This document shows positions 1-10,546 of a stretch of DNA of 64,000 nt, piece by piece. The first letter of the stretch is position 1, and each line of letters opens with the position of its first letter. Under the pieces are notes generated by a model. The model saw only the letters and a program-made list of their open reading frames with translations. It was not told where the DNA came from and searched no databases. The position numbers were made by a program, and so were the translations under genes. The stretch is from Bacteroidota bacterium (GTDB lineage: Bacteria > Bacteroidota > Bacteroidia > Palsa-965). The DNA lies in contig JACQAM010000009.1 in assembly GCA_016194975.1 (NCBI GenBank), positions 788-64,787 on the forward strand, given 5' to 3'.

Positions 1-470
1 TTTTTCAGTGGTCGCAAACAGGCGACAATATTTATTTTGACCAGAATAATGTTACAGGAGGAAGTGTAGGCATCGGTGTTACCAGTAGCACTTCGTTTTT
101 TACTTGTCCCACTTGCAATGGCGGAAAATATTTACTTGCTGTGAATGGCGGTATTCGCGCGAAAGTTTTAAAAGTAGAACCGCTTTGGTCCGATTATGTT
201 TTCGATTCCACTTATGTCTTAGCTCCGCTTGATACCGTTGCAAATTATATTCAGGCAAATCACCATTTGCCAAATGTGCAAAGTGCAGAAGATGTAAAAC
301 AAAACGGAATTGATGTAGGCGAAACAGATGCTGTCCTTCTTGCAAAGATTGAGGAACTCACGCTCTATATGATTCAACTGCAACAACAGAATGCTGCAAT
401 GCAAAAGGAAATTGATGAGTTGAAGAAAAAACCCGGGCGTTCATTTTTTCTTAAAAAACCTCAGCGGTAA
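1..470 (+). CDS. 5'-truncated CDS: C-terminal part of a tail-fiber-domain protein (phage-tail-fiber/endosialidase intramolecular-chaperone-like C-terminal domain)
   Basis: The frame is open from base 3 through the stop at 470, so the ORF-track start at 141 is a GTG inside a longer frame. The translation FQWSQTGDNIYFDQNNVTGGSVGIGVTSS...WSDYVFDSTYVLAPLDTVANYIQANHHLPNVQSAEDVKQNGIDVGETDAVLLAKIEELTLYMIQ resembles C-termini of Bacteroidota proteins annotated as tail fiber domain-containing, with a coiled-coil tail. Confidence 0.5.
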   Translation, partial: FQWSQTGDNIYFDQNNVTGGSVGIGVTSSTSFFTCPTCNGGKYLLAVNGGIRAKVLKVEPLWSDYVFDSTYVLAPLDTVANYIQANHHLPNVQSAEDVKQNGIDVGETDAVLLAKIEELTLYMIQLQQQNAAMQKEIDELKKKPGRSFFLKKPQR

Positions 471-514
471 TTTCATGAAACTTCCTGGTGGAGAATAATA
501 TTAAAATTATTTCT

Positions 515-1078
515 ATGCGGCAATTATTTTTTTCTTTGTTTTTTTTGATGGCCGTAAATTTTTCTGTTTACGCACAGCACGATAGCACAACGGTGAGAAT
601 CAGAAAAAATTCTTTTTTTGTTGAATATGGTGGAAATGCAGTGGAGGATGGGGTTCGTTTTAAGCAGAGATTTTCGATAAGCTACGATAGAATTTTGATG
701 GGGAATAAACTTGTTAAATCAACTGTTCGCATTGGATACGCTATTCCTACAAAAAATTATTACTTTCCTATTCCTTATGACAGAAGTGAACATATCATAC
801 CCATTATGATGAATCTTTTGATTGGTAAAAAGAACTTTTATTTTGAAATCGGAATAGGAGTCGATTTCGTCCTTTTTAATTCTGATCATGCACATGTTTA
901 TGAAGCATTTACATCAGTGTTTGGATTACGTTATCAAAATTATGAAAAGGGGATAATGGCAAGAATAGGAGTTACACCGACGATCGGAAATTTAAATGGA
1001 ACATATTCTACTGGATCTTATCCTTATTTAGGTTCCTTGTTTGGTATAAGTATTGGATATAGTTTTTTTAAAAAATGA
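515..1078 (+). CDS. hypothetical outer-membrane beta-barrel protein with signal peptide
   Basis: Signal peptide MRQLFFSLFFLMAVNFSVYAQ. Alternating hydrophobic beta-strand pattern with Gly/Tyr-rich content. AT-rich. Start chosen at the Met before the signal peptide. Confidence 0.4.
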   Translation: MRQLFFSLFFLMAVNFSVYAQHDSTTVRIRKNSFFVEYGGNAVEDGVRFKQRFSISYDRILMGNKLVKSTVRIGYAIPTKNYYFPIPYDRSEHIIPIMMNLLIGKKNFYFEIGIGVDFVLFNSDHAHVYEAFTSVFGLRYQNYEKGIMARIGVTPTIGNLNGTYSTGSYPYLGSLFGISIGYSFFKK

Positions 1079-1091
1079 TAAATCAATAGCC

Positions 1092-3110
1092 ATGAAAAAA
1101 ATCAGTTTGTTCTTTTTATTTATATCACTCAGCATTTTCGTAAATGCTCAGAACGACCAAACCAATCTCGATAAATACTGGCACTATCGTTATCGCCTTG
1201 TCAATGATTTTATGGTAGTGGGCGATGGACCGGGAATGAGTCTGCCTGCCTGTATCAGAAACAAAGGTGGTACCCAGAATTTATATTGGGGAGAAACGCC
1301 CGTTTACCTTGGTTATTATCTCGGCGTGCTTGCAACGGAATATCGTTTGCTTAAAGATAATGGGCAAAATACGGATAGAACACTTACGGAACTCTACTAT
1401 GCGCTGAAGGCAAGTGTGCGAATTGATTTTGTGGCCGAGAGTTACATTGCATGGAATCAATCAAATGTAGTTGATGGATTTTTGATTCGTGATGATGTGC
1501 CAGCAAATTTTGTCACACAGCATTCAAATGAATTGAATCAGAACAGGGTTTCTACAGACCCCGCTTTTGAAATTGGGTCAGGAAGACCGGGACCGGTTTC
1601 AGTTACGGAATCTGACTACTCTCATTTTCTTAACGATCCTGATCCAAGCAAAGTAGCGGTAAGCCAGGATGTGATCTATCAACTTTTAATGGGATTTGCA
1701 TTGGTAAAAAGATATACTGATGACGGCGTGCTCACATTCAATAATTATGTAACTGGAACTACGGATAATGCAGATTTAAAAGCTATGGCAGTTGACGAAG
1801 CTGATAAAATTGTAAGCTTCATAAAAGAGAATCACGGTCACCATTGGGTAATACATGATCCAAATGATAATGCTGTAGTAGGAGGAAGTAATTTAGATAT
1901 GGCAGCGCAGTCTTATGGACTTGCATTATCAGGTACATACATTACCGGGATTACTTATAACGATTCGCACACCGATCCATCATTATGGCAAGGTCTTCAG
2001 GATCCTAATGTTCTTCTGTGCGATCCAATCAGTAATCAGGCAAGTGTTCATCCGATGGGTATGGTGTTGGCAGCAATGAGTAATTCATGGAGAAATACTG
2101 TGGGTAATAATACTACGCCGGATAAAATATTAGAGAACGGCGATTACGATGCCGGAGGAACATTTGGATGTGCATATTTTGATAATCATTTTGGATGGGA
2201 TGTATTTTATGGAATGTTGTGGGATGGATTTTACGGCGGACAAATGCACATAGGAGATTTATGTAAGGCACGGGATATATTGAATTCTGCTTTTGCAGAT
2301 GGTCCTTTTGATCACAATGTTGCCGATAAAGCTTATCCGGGTTGGTGCGCAACAAGACGATTTTTCGACGATTCTCCTCGACAAAACATTGGTAAACCGG
2401 GTTTCGAAGGAAATTACAACGGTTTGGATTATATGCTTCTTTTCAATTTGTATTATTTGGATTCGAAAGCACAAGGTGCTCCAATTTTTATTCCGCAGCA
2501 GAGTGATCCATTTATTTCAGATCACTATCCTTACTTTGATCCGGCCATTCAGGAAGAAACAGGAGATATTTCTGATCCAGTAACGATTTTTTCTCCATAT
2601 TTTCCTGTGATTGCAAATTCACTTTCAGTTAATTCTCCTCAATATACTGAATCTGGATACCTTATAATTTTTGGAGGGCCACAAGGAGTACTATTAACGA
2701 ATACAACGGTAGAAAATTATGCATCGCTCACTGTTTTCAATAATGAACTGAATACAACTTGTGTTCCGTTACAGGATTATTTTTTTGATGAGTGCTCCTA
2801 TCAACGTATAATTAATCCGGATTATTCTTCTTCTAATGGGAATGAATACCTGCCGTCGTATGCTCCGACGGATGAATTTAAACTTTATCCAAACCCTTCG
2901 TCAATGTCAATCAATTTGAATTTTCCTGTAAGCGAAACTTCAAATCCATTGGTTCAAATTTTTAATGCCGAGGGAAAAATTGTTTATGAGTCGAAAAATA
3001 TATTTTCTCAAAACAATGCTATTGATGTTTCTACATTTACTCCTGGTCAATATTTGATAAGGGTAATCGATGATGAAAAGGTTTACACAAAAAAATTTCT
3101 CAAGGAATAG
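1092..3110 (+). CDS. secreted protein of unknown function with type-A T9SS C-terminal sorting domain
   Basis: Signal peptide MKKISLFFLFISLSIFVNAQ. C-terminal ~75 aa (KLYPNPSSMSINLNF...NAEGKIVYES...IDVSTFTPGQYLIRVIDDEKVYTKKFLKE) matches the Por secretion tail pattern. The large N-terminal region has no recognisable catalytic motif. Confidence 0.6.
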   Translation: MKKISLFFLFISLSIFVNAQNDQTNLDKYWHYRYRLVNDFMVVGDGPGMSLPACIRNKGGTQNLYWGETPVYLGYYLGVLATEYRLLKDNGQNTDRTLTELYYALKASVRIDFVAESYIAWNQSNVVDGFLIRDDVPANFVTQHSNELNQNRVSTDPAFEIGSGRPGPVSVTESDYSHFLNDPDPSKVAVSQDVIYQLLMGFALVKRYTDDGVLTFNNYVTGTTDNADLKAMAVDEADKIVSFIKENHGHHWVIHDPNDNAVVGGSNLDMAAQSYGLALSGTYITGITYNDSHTDPSLWQGLQDPNVLLCDPISNQASVHPMGMVLAAMSNSWRNTVGNNTTPDKILENGDYDAGGTFGCAYFDNHFGWDVFYGMLWDGFYGGQMHIGDLCKARDILNSAFADGPFDHNVADKAYPGWCATRRFFDDSPRQNIGKPGFEGNYNGLDYMLLFNLYYLDSKAQGAPIFIPQQSDPFISDHYPYFDPAIQEETGDISDPVTIFSPYFPVIANSLSVNSPQYTESGYLIIFGGPQGVLLTNTTVENYASLTVFNNELNTTCVPLQDYFFDECSYQRIINPDYSSSNGNEYLPSYAPTDEFKLYPNPSSMSINLNFPVSETSNPLVQIFNAEGKIVYESKNIFSQNNAIDVSTFTPGQYLIRVIDDEKVYTKKFLKE

Positions 3111-3118
3111 TTCCAAAA

Positions 3119-4063
3119 ATGCTTAAAAAATTCTTATTCATTTTATTTATTATTCCTGCTAATTTCATAAGTGGGCAGAATGGATTTTCAATTCAAGCAT
3201 TGGGCGATATGGGTATTTCGCACATTTCAGGAAACCAATTTGCAATAAAGCAGACAGGATATTACAGCAATTATTATGTGTTTGATAAAATGAAGGATTC
3301 ACTTACAATAAAGTTTGGCGGCGGTTTAAAAATCCAATACACATTTCTAAAAAATATTTCATCCGGATTGGGAATTTATTATTCAAATCAACGACAACTT
3401 TACAAAAACTATATTCAATCTGGTCGTTGGACAGATTCAGTCAGTGGGGATTATTATGACAAAACAACTGTCCAGAAAAAAGAAATCAACCTTAATTATT
3501 TATACCTGCCTGTTATATTCACTTATAAATTTCGCTCCGAAAAAAAAATTTGTATTTCAATATTGGGTGGAATGAATTTTGGATTTCTTATCAACTACAA
3601 GATAAATAATATGAAGAGTGAAAACGGAGTGATTTACACCTGGAATGGATCGGACACAATTGCCGATACTTATTCCACTAATGAAAATGGAATAACCCGA
3701 GGTAAAAAGTTTGACTATAATTACACGTATTCATCTTCCATTTTTCCCGGAGGCAGTTCGCATTTTACAAACACACTCAATAAAAATGCTTTCAGGTTAT
3801 TCGACCCTGAAATTATTTTAGGCATCGGATTGGAATGGAATATGAACGATCGATTTTCCATTCCTTTCGATTTTGTCTATTATAAAGGTTTTAGGGACGT
3901 GAAAAATCTTACTGCTCAGGTGATCGGTAGTACTTATAATCCTCCTCCCGTCACGGGTAATTACTGGACTGCACAATATGATGTTGCAAATCCCTTCATT
4001 AATTCTTGTCTAAATTTTGAGATTGGTTTGATCTATAAATTTTCATCAAAAAAAACTAATTGA
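3119..4063 (+). CDS. outer-membrane beta-barrel protein (PorT/OMP_b-brl_2-like)
   Basis: Signal peptide MLKKFLFILFIIPANFISGQ. Amphipathic beta-strands with aromatic girdle residues. Immediately downstream of the T9SS cargo gene. Confidence 0.45.
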   Translation: MLKKFLFILFIIPANFISGQNGFSIQALGDMGISHISGNQFAIKQTGYYSNYYVFDKMKDSLTIKFGGGLKIQYTFLKNISSGLGIYYSNQRQLYKNYIQSGRWTDSVSGDYYDKTTVQKKEINLNYLYLPVIFTYKFRSEKKICISILGGMNFGFLINYKINNMKSENGVIYTWNGSDTIADTYSTNENGITRGKKFDYNYTYSSSIFPGGSSHFTNTLNKNAFRLFDPEIILGIGLEWNMNDRFSIPFDFVYYKGFRDVKNLTAQVIGSTYNPPPVTGNYWTAQYDVANPFINSCLNFEIGLIYKFSSKKTN

Positions 4064-4248
4064 TATGGCAACTAAAAGTGAGGTTGAGGAAATTAATTGT
4101 TAATAGGGAAAAAATTTATTCCGGATAATTAGAATTCAGGGCATCTCTAAAAACACAGAAATGCAAGGCGGGATTTACTATTCGTAAATGAGGATTTTGA
4201 GGATGTAGCCCAACGCAGCAGTTCGAAGTTATTAGAGATGCCCTTCAT

Positions 4249-5079
4249 TTATATCCTCACTGCTATCACGCATACATCATCCACTTGTTCGAGTTTGCTT
4301 TCTTTTCCATCGGTACCGGGCCAGGCTCTCCATTTTTCAAACGCTTCATCTAATTTTTTCTTCTGGTATTCCATCGGCTCGTTGCACATGGAAAGAAGAA
4401 GATCTTCAAGCTGTTTGTATTTGAATTTTTTTCCTTTAGGTCCGCCGAACTGGTCAGCAAATCCGTCGGTGAACGTATAAATGATATCTCCTTTTTTGAG
4501 ATCGATCTTTTGCAAAGTGAAATTCGCCATGTCGCCGGTATGTTTTCCAACGGGCATCTTATCCGGTTTGTACTCGGTGAGTTTTCCGTCGCGCACATGC
4601 CAGAGTGGATTATTCGCGCACGCAAATTCAAGTTTCAGATTTTTCAGATCGTACGCGCAGAGAATACAATCCATTCCATCCTTCGATTCCTCTTCCGAAC
4701 CTTCAGGATTGAGTGAATTGATGATCCCGGTGCGAACACTATCGAGGATCTCGTTCGGATGCATGAGATTTTTCTCAACGATCGACTCGTTGAGATGAGA
4801 AATTCCCATCATGCTCATGAGCGCCCCCGGTACACCGTGGCCGGTGCAGTCGGCAGTGGCCATGTAGAAGATCTCGCTGTCACGGCCGGGATGTTTGTGC
4901 GCGAGTGCGAAGTAAAAATCTCCGCTTACAATGTCTTTGGGTTTGTACAGGATGAAAAAATTCCTGGTTTCGGTGGCGGTTGCTGTTGTGCTCATAAGGG
5001 TAAATATATCAAAGTTGCCTGTAATGCGAAATAAAATCGGGTTGAATTTTTGGAAAGGATAGCAGAAAACAGGGAACAC
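4249..5079 (-). CDS. PP2C/SpoIIE-family serine phosphatase, stand-alone catalytic domain
   Basis: Motifs KDIVSGDFYF, ADCTGHGVPGALMSM, DGMDCILC, FTDGFADQFGG and QVDDVCVIAVRI. Paralogous (~50% identity) to the C-terminal domain of the CDS at 35406..37397. The start may instead be the internal Met at ~4995. Confidence 0.7.
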   Translation of the reverse strand: MFPVFCYPFQKFNPILFRITGNFDIFTLMSTTATATETRNFFILYKPKDIVSGDFYFALAHKHPGRDSEIFYMATADCTGHGVPGALMSMMGISHLNESIVEKNLMHPNEILDSVRTGIINSLNPEGSEEESKDGMDCILCAYDLKNLKLEFACANNPLWHVRDGKLTEYKPDKMPVGKHTGDMANFTLQKIDLKKGDIIYTFTDGFADQFGGPKGKKFKYKQLEDLLLSMCNEPMEYQKKKLDEAFEKWRAWPGTDGKESKLEQVDDVCVIAVRI

Positions 5080-5245
5080 GCCTTATATTTAGGGCTCGCC
5101 TTAACCGGCTGTTTATCCTGCCATAATAAGGGAAATCGCACGCACTACCCTGAGCTTTCCATTCCCGTCCTTATTATTCACTTCACATCTTAACCGCATT
5201 TTGCACGACTGTGCATTGGCATTAATTTTTTTATTGCTCAGCATT

Positions 5246-6517
5246 ATGACAGAAGAATTTCTCCATTACATCTGGGAAACAAAACAATTCCTGCATGAGG
5301 ATCTTTGCACTTCCAGCGGAGGACTACTCTCAGTTATCCATCCCGGGGCGCACAATTTTTATTCGGGGCCCGATTTTTTTAATGCGCAGTTAAAGATAAA
5401 CGAACAGTTGTGGGCAGGCAACGTGGAGATCCACATTCGTTCTTCCGACTGGAACCGTCATGCGCACACGCACGATCCTGCATACGATAACGTGATCCTG
5501 CACGTGGTGTATGAGCACGATGCGGAAGTGAAGAAATGCAATGGGGATGAAATGCCAACGCTGGTGCTCAATGGAAGAATTCCCGATCAACTGGTGGCTT
5601 CCTATTTTTCCATGCGGAATTCAAAAGAGAAGATCGCCTGTGGTCGTGCCGGAAAAGATACCGCACTCCGGATCGCAAGAGAAACGATGTTGTCACGTGC
5701 GCTTATTGATCGCCTTGCGCGAAAAACGGATGAAATGAAATTTCTGCTTGCACAGCTTAACGGCGATTGGGAAGAATTTTTTTACCGTCTTGTTCTTCAT
5801 AGTTTCGGAATGAAAGTGAATGCCGATCCCATGCGCCAACTCGGGAATATTATTCCTCACCGTTTGCTTTTAAAATACCGCGATGCTATTTTCAGAATGG
5901 AAGCTCTCCTTTTCGGCGCCAGCGGATTACTCACAGTGGAAGAAGATGAATACGCCGGAAAACTACAGAAAGAATTTTCATTTCTGCAAAAAGTCCACGG
6001 TCTTGGAAGCATGGAAAAACACGCATGGAAATTCATGCGATTGCGCCCGAATAATTTTCCAACACTGCGCATCGCGCAGGCCGCTGCATTTTTTGGCAAG
6101 CATGAAAAACCTTTTCGCTCCTGCATCGAAACAAATGATCCGGAAATGCTCAGGAAAGTTTTTGATGTAAAAGCTTCGGGCTATTGGAATGATCATTACC
6201 GCTTTGGAGTGAAAAGCCGGACCTATGAAAAGTGCACCGGGAAAAATTCCGCAGAAATTCTGCTCATCAATGTGATCGTTCCACTGAAATTCCTCTATGG
6301 AAAATCGAAGAAAGAAGAAAAATATTCTGAAGAAGCGATCTCCCTGCTCGAAAAAATTACAGCGGAAAAAAATTCAGTCGTAGAAAAATACAGGAAGGAA
6401 GAATGGGAAATAAATTCGGCTGCCGATTCGCAAAGCGTGCTGGAATTGAAAAGAAATTATTGTGACAGGAAAAAATGTCTGGATTGCGAAGTAGGGAGGA
6501 AGATGCTGTATTCATAG
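5246..6517 (+). CDS. DUF2851 family protein
   Basis: N-terminus MTEEFLHYIWETKQF and length ~420 aa are characteristic of DUF2851. The upstream extension in the ORF track was rejected. Confidence 0.6.
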   Translation: MTEEFLHYIWETKQFLHEDLCTSSGGLLSVIHPGAHNFYSGPDFFNAQLKINEQLWAGNVEIHIRSSDWNRHAHTHDPAYDNVILHVVYEHDAEVKKCNGDEMPTLVLNGRIPDQLVASYFSMRNSKEKIACGRAGKDTALRIARETMLSRALIDRLARKTDEMKFLLAQLNGDWEEFFYRLVLHSFGMKVNADPMRQLGNIIPHRLLLKYRDAIFRMEALLFGASGLLTVEEDEYAGKLQKEFSFLQKVHGLGSMEKHAWKFMRLRPNNFPTLRIAQAAAFFGKHEKPFRSCIETNDPEMLRKVFDVKASGYWNDHYRFGVKSRTYEKCTGKNSAEILLINVIVPLKFLYGKSKKEEKYSEEAISLLEKITAEKNSVVEKYRKEEWEINSAADSQSVLELKRNYCDRKKCLDCEVGRKMLYS

Positions 6518-6575
6518 TCCACTGATTATTATATCCCACCGATTAATCAGTGGGATATGAAGACATCAAAAAAAA

Positions 6576-7400
6576 TTATTCCGTCAGGCGTTCCTGCAAA
6601 CGATAATCTTCCGTCACATTCCGCGGATCCTGGTTGAGCAATTTTGTGAGTACAATATAAAGTTCAGGGTGGGTTGCAAAAAAATCTTTTGGCGCTTCAA
6701 AAAAAGTTTCCACCGACACGGCAAAAAATTCGTGTTTGTTCGTAAAAGCATATTTGCGCAGGAAATGTTCACTGTCAGGGCCGAGTTCAATTTCTTTTGC
6801 CGCAATTACTTCATAAGGGAAAACAAGTTTTTTAATATCAGAATAATCTTCGGCCGAAGCGGTGTACTCGATGAGCAGCGCATGCGCAAATTCATGAAGC
6901 CCCACATTCAGTTTGTCATCACCCACGCGATATCCTTCGAGATAATCCTTCACTGAAATACGGATGATGCCATTCGGAGTAGTGGCTCCTTTCATCAGCG
7001 GGCCATTGTGATTCATCCTGAAAATAGTTGGATGTAATTCCACCGTATCAAAACTCGCGAGCCAGTCTTTATCGATGTGAAAAGTGAGTTGCGCCGCGGT
7101 TGCGCTGATCATGATCTTTATTTTATCATCGGGCTCATATCCTTCTGCACCGACTACTTTGTTTTTAGAAAGATGGATCAGTACGCGGTCAAAAAATTTC
7201 TTTTTGCCTTCATTAGAAAGTTTATTGTAGTAAGAGAATTGCATCAATTCCAGTTGCACATTTTCTTTGTACTCCTTACTAAAGCGCATTTCTATTACCA
7301 CATCGCTTTGTGCCGCATCATGAATTTTTGTTACGAAAAAACGGAGCAGCCAGGCGAAACCAAGGAAGAATGCGAACAAAGCAGCGGCGACGATGAGCAT
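6576..7400 (-). CDS. zinc-dependent peptidase, MtfA/M90-like, with N-terminal membrane anchor
   Basis: HEFAHAL (HExxH) motif plus a downstream E residue. N-terminal TM segment LIVAAALFAFFLGFAWLL. Confidence 0.6.
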   Translation of the reverse strand: MLIVAAALFAFFLGFAWLLRFFVTKIHDAAQSDVVIEMRFSKEYKENVQLELMQFSYYNKLSNEGKKKFFDRVLIHLSKNKVVGAEGYEPDDKIKIMISATAAQLTFHIDKDWLASFDTVELHPTIFRMNHNGPLMKGATTPNGIIRISVKDYLEGYRVGDDKLNVGLHEFAHALLIEYTASAEDYSDIKKLVFPYEVIAAKEIELGPDSEHFLRKYAFTNKHEFFAVSVETFFEAPKDFFATHPELYIVLTKLLNQDPRNVTEDYRLQERLTE

Positions 7401-7526
7401 GGTTTTCAGAGGAGAATTAAAAGTTCAAGATAATAAGATTTATTTCCGCTCCGGTTCCGGAAATGAAAATGATATTCCATTGCTTGATTTATTTTCTCAA
7501 ATTTACAGGAGATCATCAGCACGAAC

Positions 7527-9566
7527 ATGCATCGCTTTACCAACGAACTCATTCACGAAACCAGCCCTTACCTGCTGCAGCATGCACACAACCCGGTGAA
7601 CTGGATGGCGTGGAATGAAGCGACACTTAAAAAAGCAAAAGAAGAAAACAAACTTATTCTTGTGAGCATCGGTTATTCTGCCTGCCATTGGTGCCACGTG
7701 ATGGAACATGAATCATTCGAAGATGAAACAACGGCGCGCATGATGAACGATCATTTTATCTGTATCAAGATCGATCGCGAGGAACGTCCCGACATTGATG
7801 CAGTTTATATGAGCGCAGTGCAGTTGATGACGCAGCGTGGAGGATGGCCGCTCAATTGTTTCACACTTCCCGATGGAAAACCGTTGTACGGCGGAACTTA
7901 TTTTCCAAAGGAACGCTGGAGAGAAATCCTTCTCACGCTTGCTGATCTCTGGAAAAATGATCCGGATAAATGTTTTGATTACGCGCACCAGCTTACAGAG
8001 GGCGTGCGTGCAACAGGGAAAATAATCACGGACAATGAAGAAAAAAATATTGAAAATAAAACTCTGGAGATCTCCATTCAGAATTGGTCGATGCGGTTTG
8101 ATAATTCAGAAGGAGGCCCTGATCACGCACCGAAATTTCCATTGCCGAACAATTATCTTTTTCTATTGCGTTATGCACATCTCGCCGGCGAACAGGAAAT
8201 TTTAAAACATGTTTCACTCACGCTTGAGAAAATGGCAATGGGTGGAATTTATGATCAGTTGGGTGGAGGATTTGCACGCTATTCAACCGACACGTTGTGG
8301 AAAGTTCCCCACTTCGAAAAAATGCTTTATGATAATGCGCAATTGGTTTCACTTTATTCCGAAGCTTACCAGCAATCGGGCAATGCGCTTTACAAAAATG
8401 TAGTTTATGAAACGCTGGAATTCATTTCACGCGAACTGACAGCGGAGAATGGCGCATTCTATTCTGCGCTCGATGCCGATTCGGAAGGAGAAGAAGGAAA
8501 ATATTATGTGTGGACGAAAGAAGAATTGCATCAAACGATCGGGCAGTCATTACCGAACGCGATCTTTGACGATTATTTTTCAGTGGATGAATATGGCCGG
8601 TGGGAGAATGGAAAAAATATTCTGTTACGGAGGGAAAGTGACGAAGTTATTGCGAAAAAGCACGGTATGAGTGCAGATAAGTTGCAGGAAGGAATAGATA
8701 GCGCGAAAAAAAAATTGCTGGCTGTGCGCGAAAGAAGAGTGCGCCCATCACTCGATGATAAATCACTCACGTCGTGGAATGCGATGATGCTGCGTGCATA
8801 CGTGGATGCGTATGCAGTTTTCGGTGAAGAAAATTTTTTATCAGATGCGCTGAAGAATGCAGCATTTATCCGCGACGTGCAATTGCGTGATGACGGGGGA
8901 TTGTGGCATTCGTGGAAAAAAAACAAGAGTACGATCAACGGATTTCTCGAGGATCATGCATTCGTGATCGATGCTTTCATTGCGCTTTACCAGGTTTGTT
9001 TCAATGAACAATGGCTCATGATAGCGAAGCAACAAACCGATTACGTGATGAAACATTTTGTCTCGGAAGGCCAACAGATGTTTTACTTCACCTCTGCAAA
9101 AGATCCGCTACTCATTACACGAAGAATAGAAACGGATGACAATGTCATTCCTTCTTCAAATTCAGTAATGGCGAAAAATATTTTTTACCTCGGGCATTTC
9201 TTCGGAAAAGCAGAATGGATTACACGTGCGGAACGAATGTTAAAAACAGTACAGGAAGAGATCATCCGCTATGGCGCAGGTTATTCAAACTGGATGATCC
9301 TTCAGCTGCATTTCACTTTTTCATTCCGTGAAGTTGCAATTGTTGGTAACGATGTTGATAAAAGCAGGGCCGCCTTCAGGAAGCATTACCTCCCAAATCA
9401 AATCTTTGCAGGAAGCCCCGGTCTGTCGGATCTGCCTTTGCTTCAAAATCGTTTCGTGGAAAATAAAACACTCATTTACATTTGCGAAAATAATTCCTGC
9501 GAATCACCGGTTGAGAATACACGGGCAGCGATTGACAGATTGGAAACCGGAACGAATGCCGAATAA
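7527..9566 (+). CDS. thioredoxin-domain protein (DUF255 / YyaL / SPATA20-like) with six-hairpin glycosidase-like C-terminal domain
   Basis: N-terminus [17 protein letters not shown]...[18 protein letters not shown] is the conserved DUF255 thioredoxin-like region. Length ~680 aa is typical. Confidence 0.8.
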   Translation: MHRFTNELIHETSPYLLQHAHNPVNWMAWNEATLKKAKEENKLILVSIGYSACHWCHVMEHESFEDETTARMMNDHFICIKIDREERPDIDAVYMSAVQLMTQRGGWPLNCFTLPDGKPLYGGTYFPKERWREILLTLADLWKNDPDKCFDYAHQLTEGVRATGKIITDNEEKNIENKTLEISIQNWSMRFDNSEGGPDHAPKFPLPNNYLFLLRYAHLAGEQEILKHVSLTLEKMAMGGIYDQLGGGFARYSTDTLWKVPHFEKMLYDNAQLVSLYSEAYQQSGNALYKNVVYETLEFISRELTAENGAFYSALDADSEGEEGKYYVWTKEELHQTIGQSLPNAIFDDYFSVDEYGRWENGKNILLRRESDEVIAKKHGMSADKLQEGIDSAKKKLLAVRERRVRPSLDDKSLTSWNAMMLRAYVDAYAVFGEENFLSDALKNAAFIRDVQLRDDGGLWHSWKKNKSTINGFLEDHAFVIDAFIALYQVCFNEQWLMIAKQQTDYVMKHFVSEGQQMFYFTSAKDPLLITRRIETDDNVIPSSNSVMAKNIFYLGHFFGKAEWITRAERMLKTVQEEIIRYGAGYSNWMILQLHFTFSFREVAIVGNDVDKSRAAFRKHYLPNQIFAGSPGLSDLPLLQNRFVENKTLIYICENNSCESPVENTRAAIDRLETGTNAE

Positions 9567-10542
9567 AAAATATTTTATTTTTTTTTCCTGCCTCCTGCCG
9601 CTGTTTGCTGCCGCCCAGCTTTTTCTTCCCATTGATGATGATCCATTCGGAGTTCCGGTGAAATTCAACGCCGACAGTATTCGTATTCACAGAATATTTT
9701 CCATCACCGCAAATCTTCAGTACAAGCCCGACGGAAAAATAATTGATGATCGTGGGCTCAAACAATATTACCGTTTCGACTCACTCGGCCGTCTCGCTGA
9801 ATTCTGGAAAACCACGGTGCGCAATTATGCAAGCGACGAGATCGTTCATCCTGCGGTTTACCGGAAAGGAAGAAGGATCCGCGGGGAATGGACAGAAACG
9901 ATCAATCATTACAATTATGATTCTGTTTTTGTTTATTACTATTACGACAATGTCAGTCGTCTTTCGTGCAGGCGCGAGTGCGACGGTGATTTTTATCACA
10001 CCTGGTATTACCTCTACAATGAAGACGGAACCATTGCGAGGCAAACGCACTGCAGGGAAACGAACATCGGTACAGGCCGCGATCAATTCCGTCTCGGTAT
10101 GCAAACGATAATTTCGCAGGAAGATTTTTCCTACAAAAGATTTTCTCCGCAGCAGGTAAAACAATTCTGCCTGAACGACGAAGGAAAACCGTATAAGGAA
10201 ATGATGATGAACTTCGATAAGAAAGATCGCCCTGTAGAATTTCGCGAAGAATATACTGCCGGTGGAATACGGACAGTTTCATTGTGGAAATACGATTCAC
10301 TCGACCGCACTTCTGAGATCAGCTATACGTCTAATGCCGGCGGAGATTTTACTGAAACCACAAAATATAATTATGATTCACTGGGAAGAATTGAATCCGT
10401 GAAAAGATTTACGAACGATCAGTTGAAAGATGAATTCAGTTATCTCTATCACGAACATGAACCGGTAGCGTATGCCTACATCAATCGTCGCCACCTCGAA
10501 GCAGGGATCGATATTGTGAAGATGGATATAAGGTACTGGTAA
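9556..10542 (+). CDS. hypothetical secreted protein with YD/RHS-like repeats
   Basis: Start at [21 protein letters not shown] (signal peptide); ATG 9556 overlaps the stop of the preceding gene. Repeated YxYDSLGR units: [33 protein letters not shown]. Confidence 0.4.
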   Translation: MPNKKYFIFFSCLLPLFAAAQLFLPIDDDPFGVPVKFNADSIRIHRIFSITANLQYKPDGKIIDDRGLKQYYRFDSLGRLAEFWKTTVRNYASDEIVHPAVYRKGRRIRGEWTETINHYNYDSVFVYYYYDNVSRLSCRRECDGDFYHTWYYLYNEDGTIARQTHCRETNIGTGRDQFRLGMQTIISQEDFSYKRFSPQQVKQFCLNDEGKPYKEMMMNFDKKDRPVEFREEYTAGGIRTVSLWKYDSLDRTSEISYTSNAGGDFTETTKYNYDSLGRIESVKRFTNDQLKDEFSYLYHEHEPVAYAYINRRHLEAGIDIVKMDIRYW

Positions 10543-10546
10543 GGGT

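Noticed and set aside
5390-6196. Several 60-95-aa ORFs on both strands inside DUF2851
   Set aside because: Nested within a conserved CDS, with no independent support.
9328-9555. N-terminal 76-aa extension of the ORF 9328..10542 overlapping the 3' end of the thioredoxin-domain gene
   Set aside because: The extension lies inside the well-supported upstream CDS in another frame. A signal-peptide-bearing Met at 9556 gives a sensible start.
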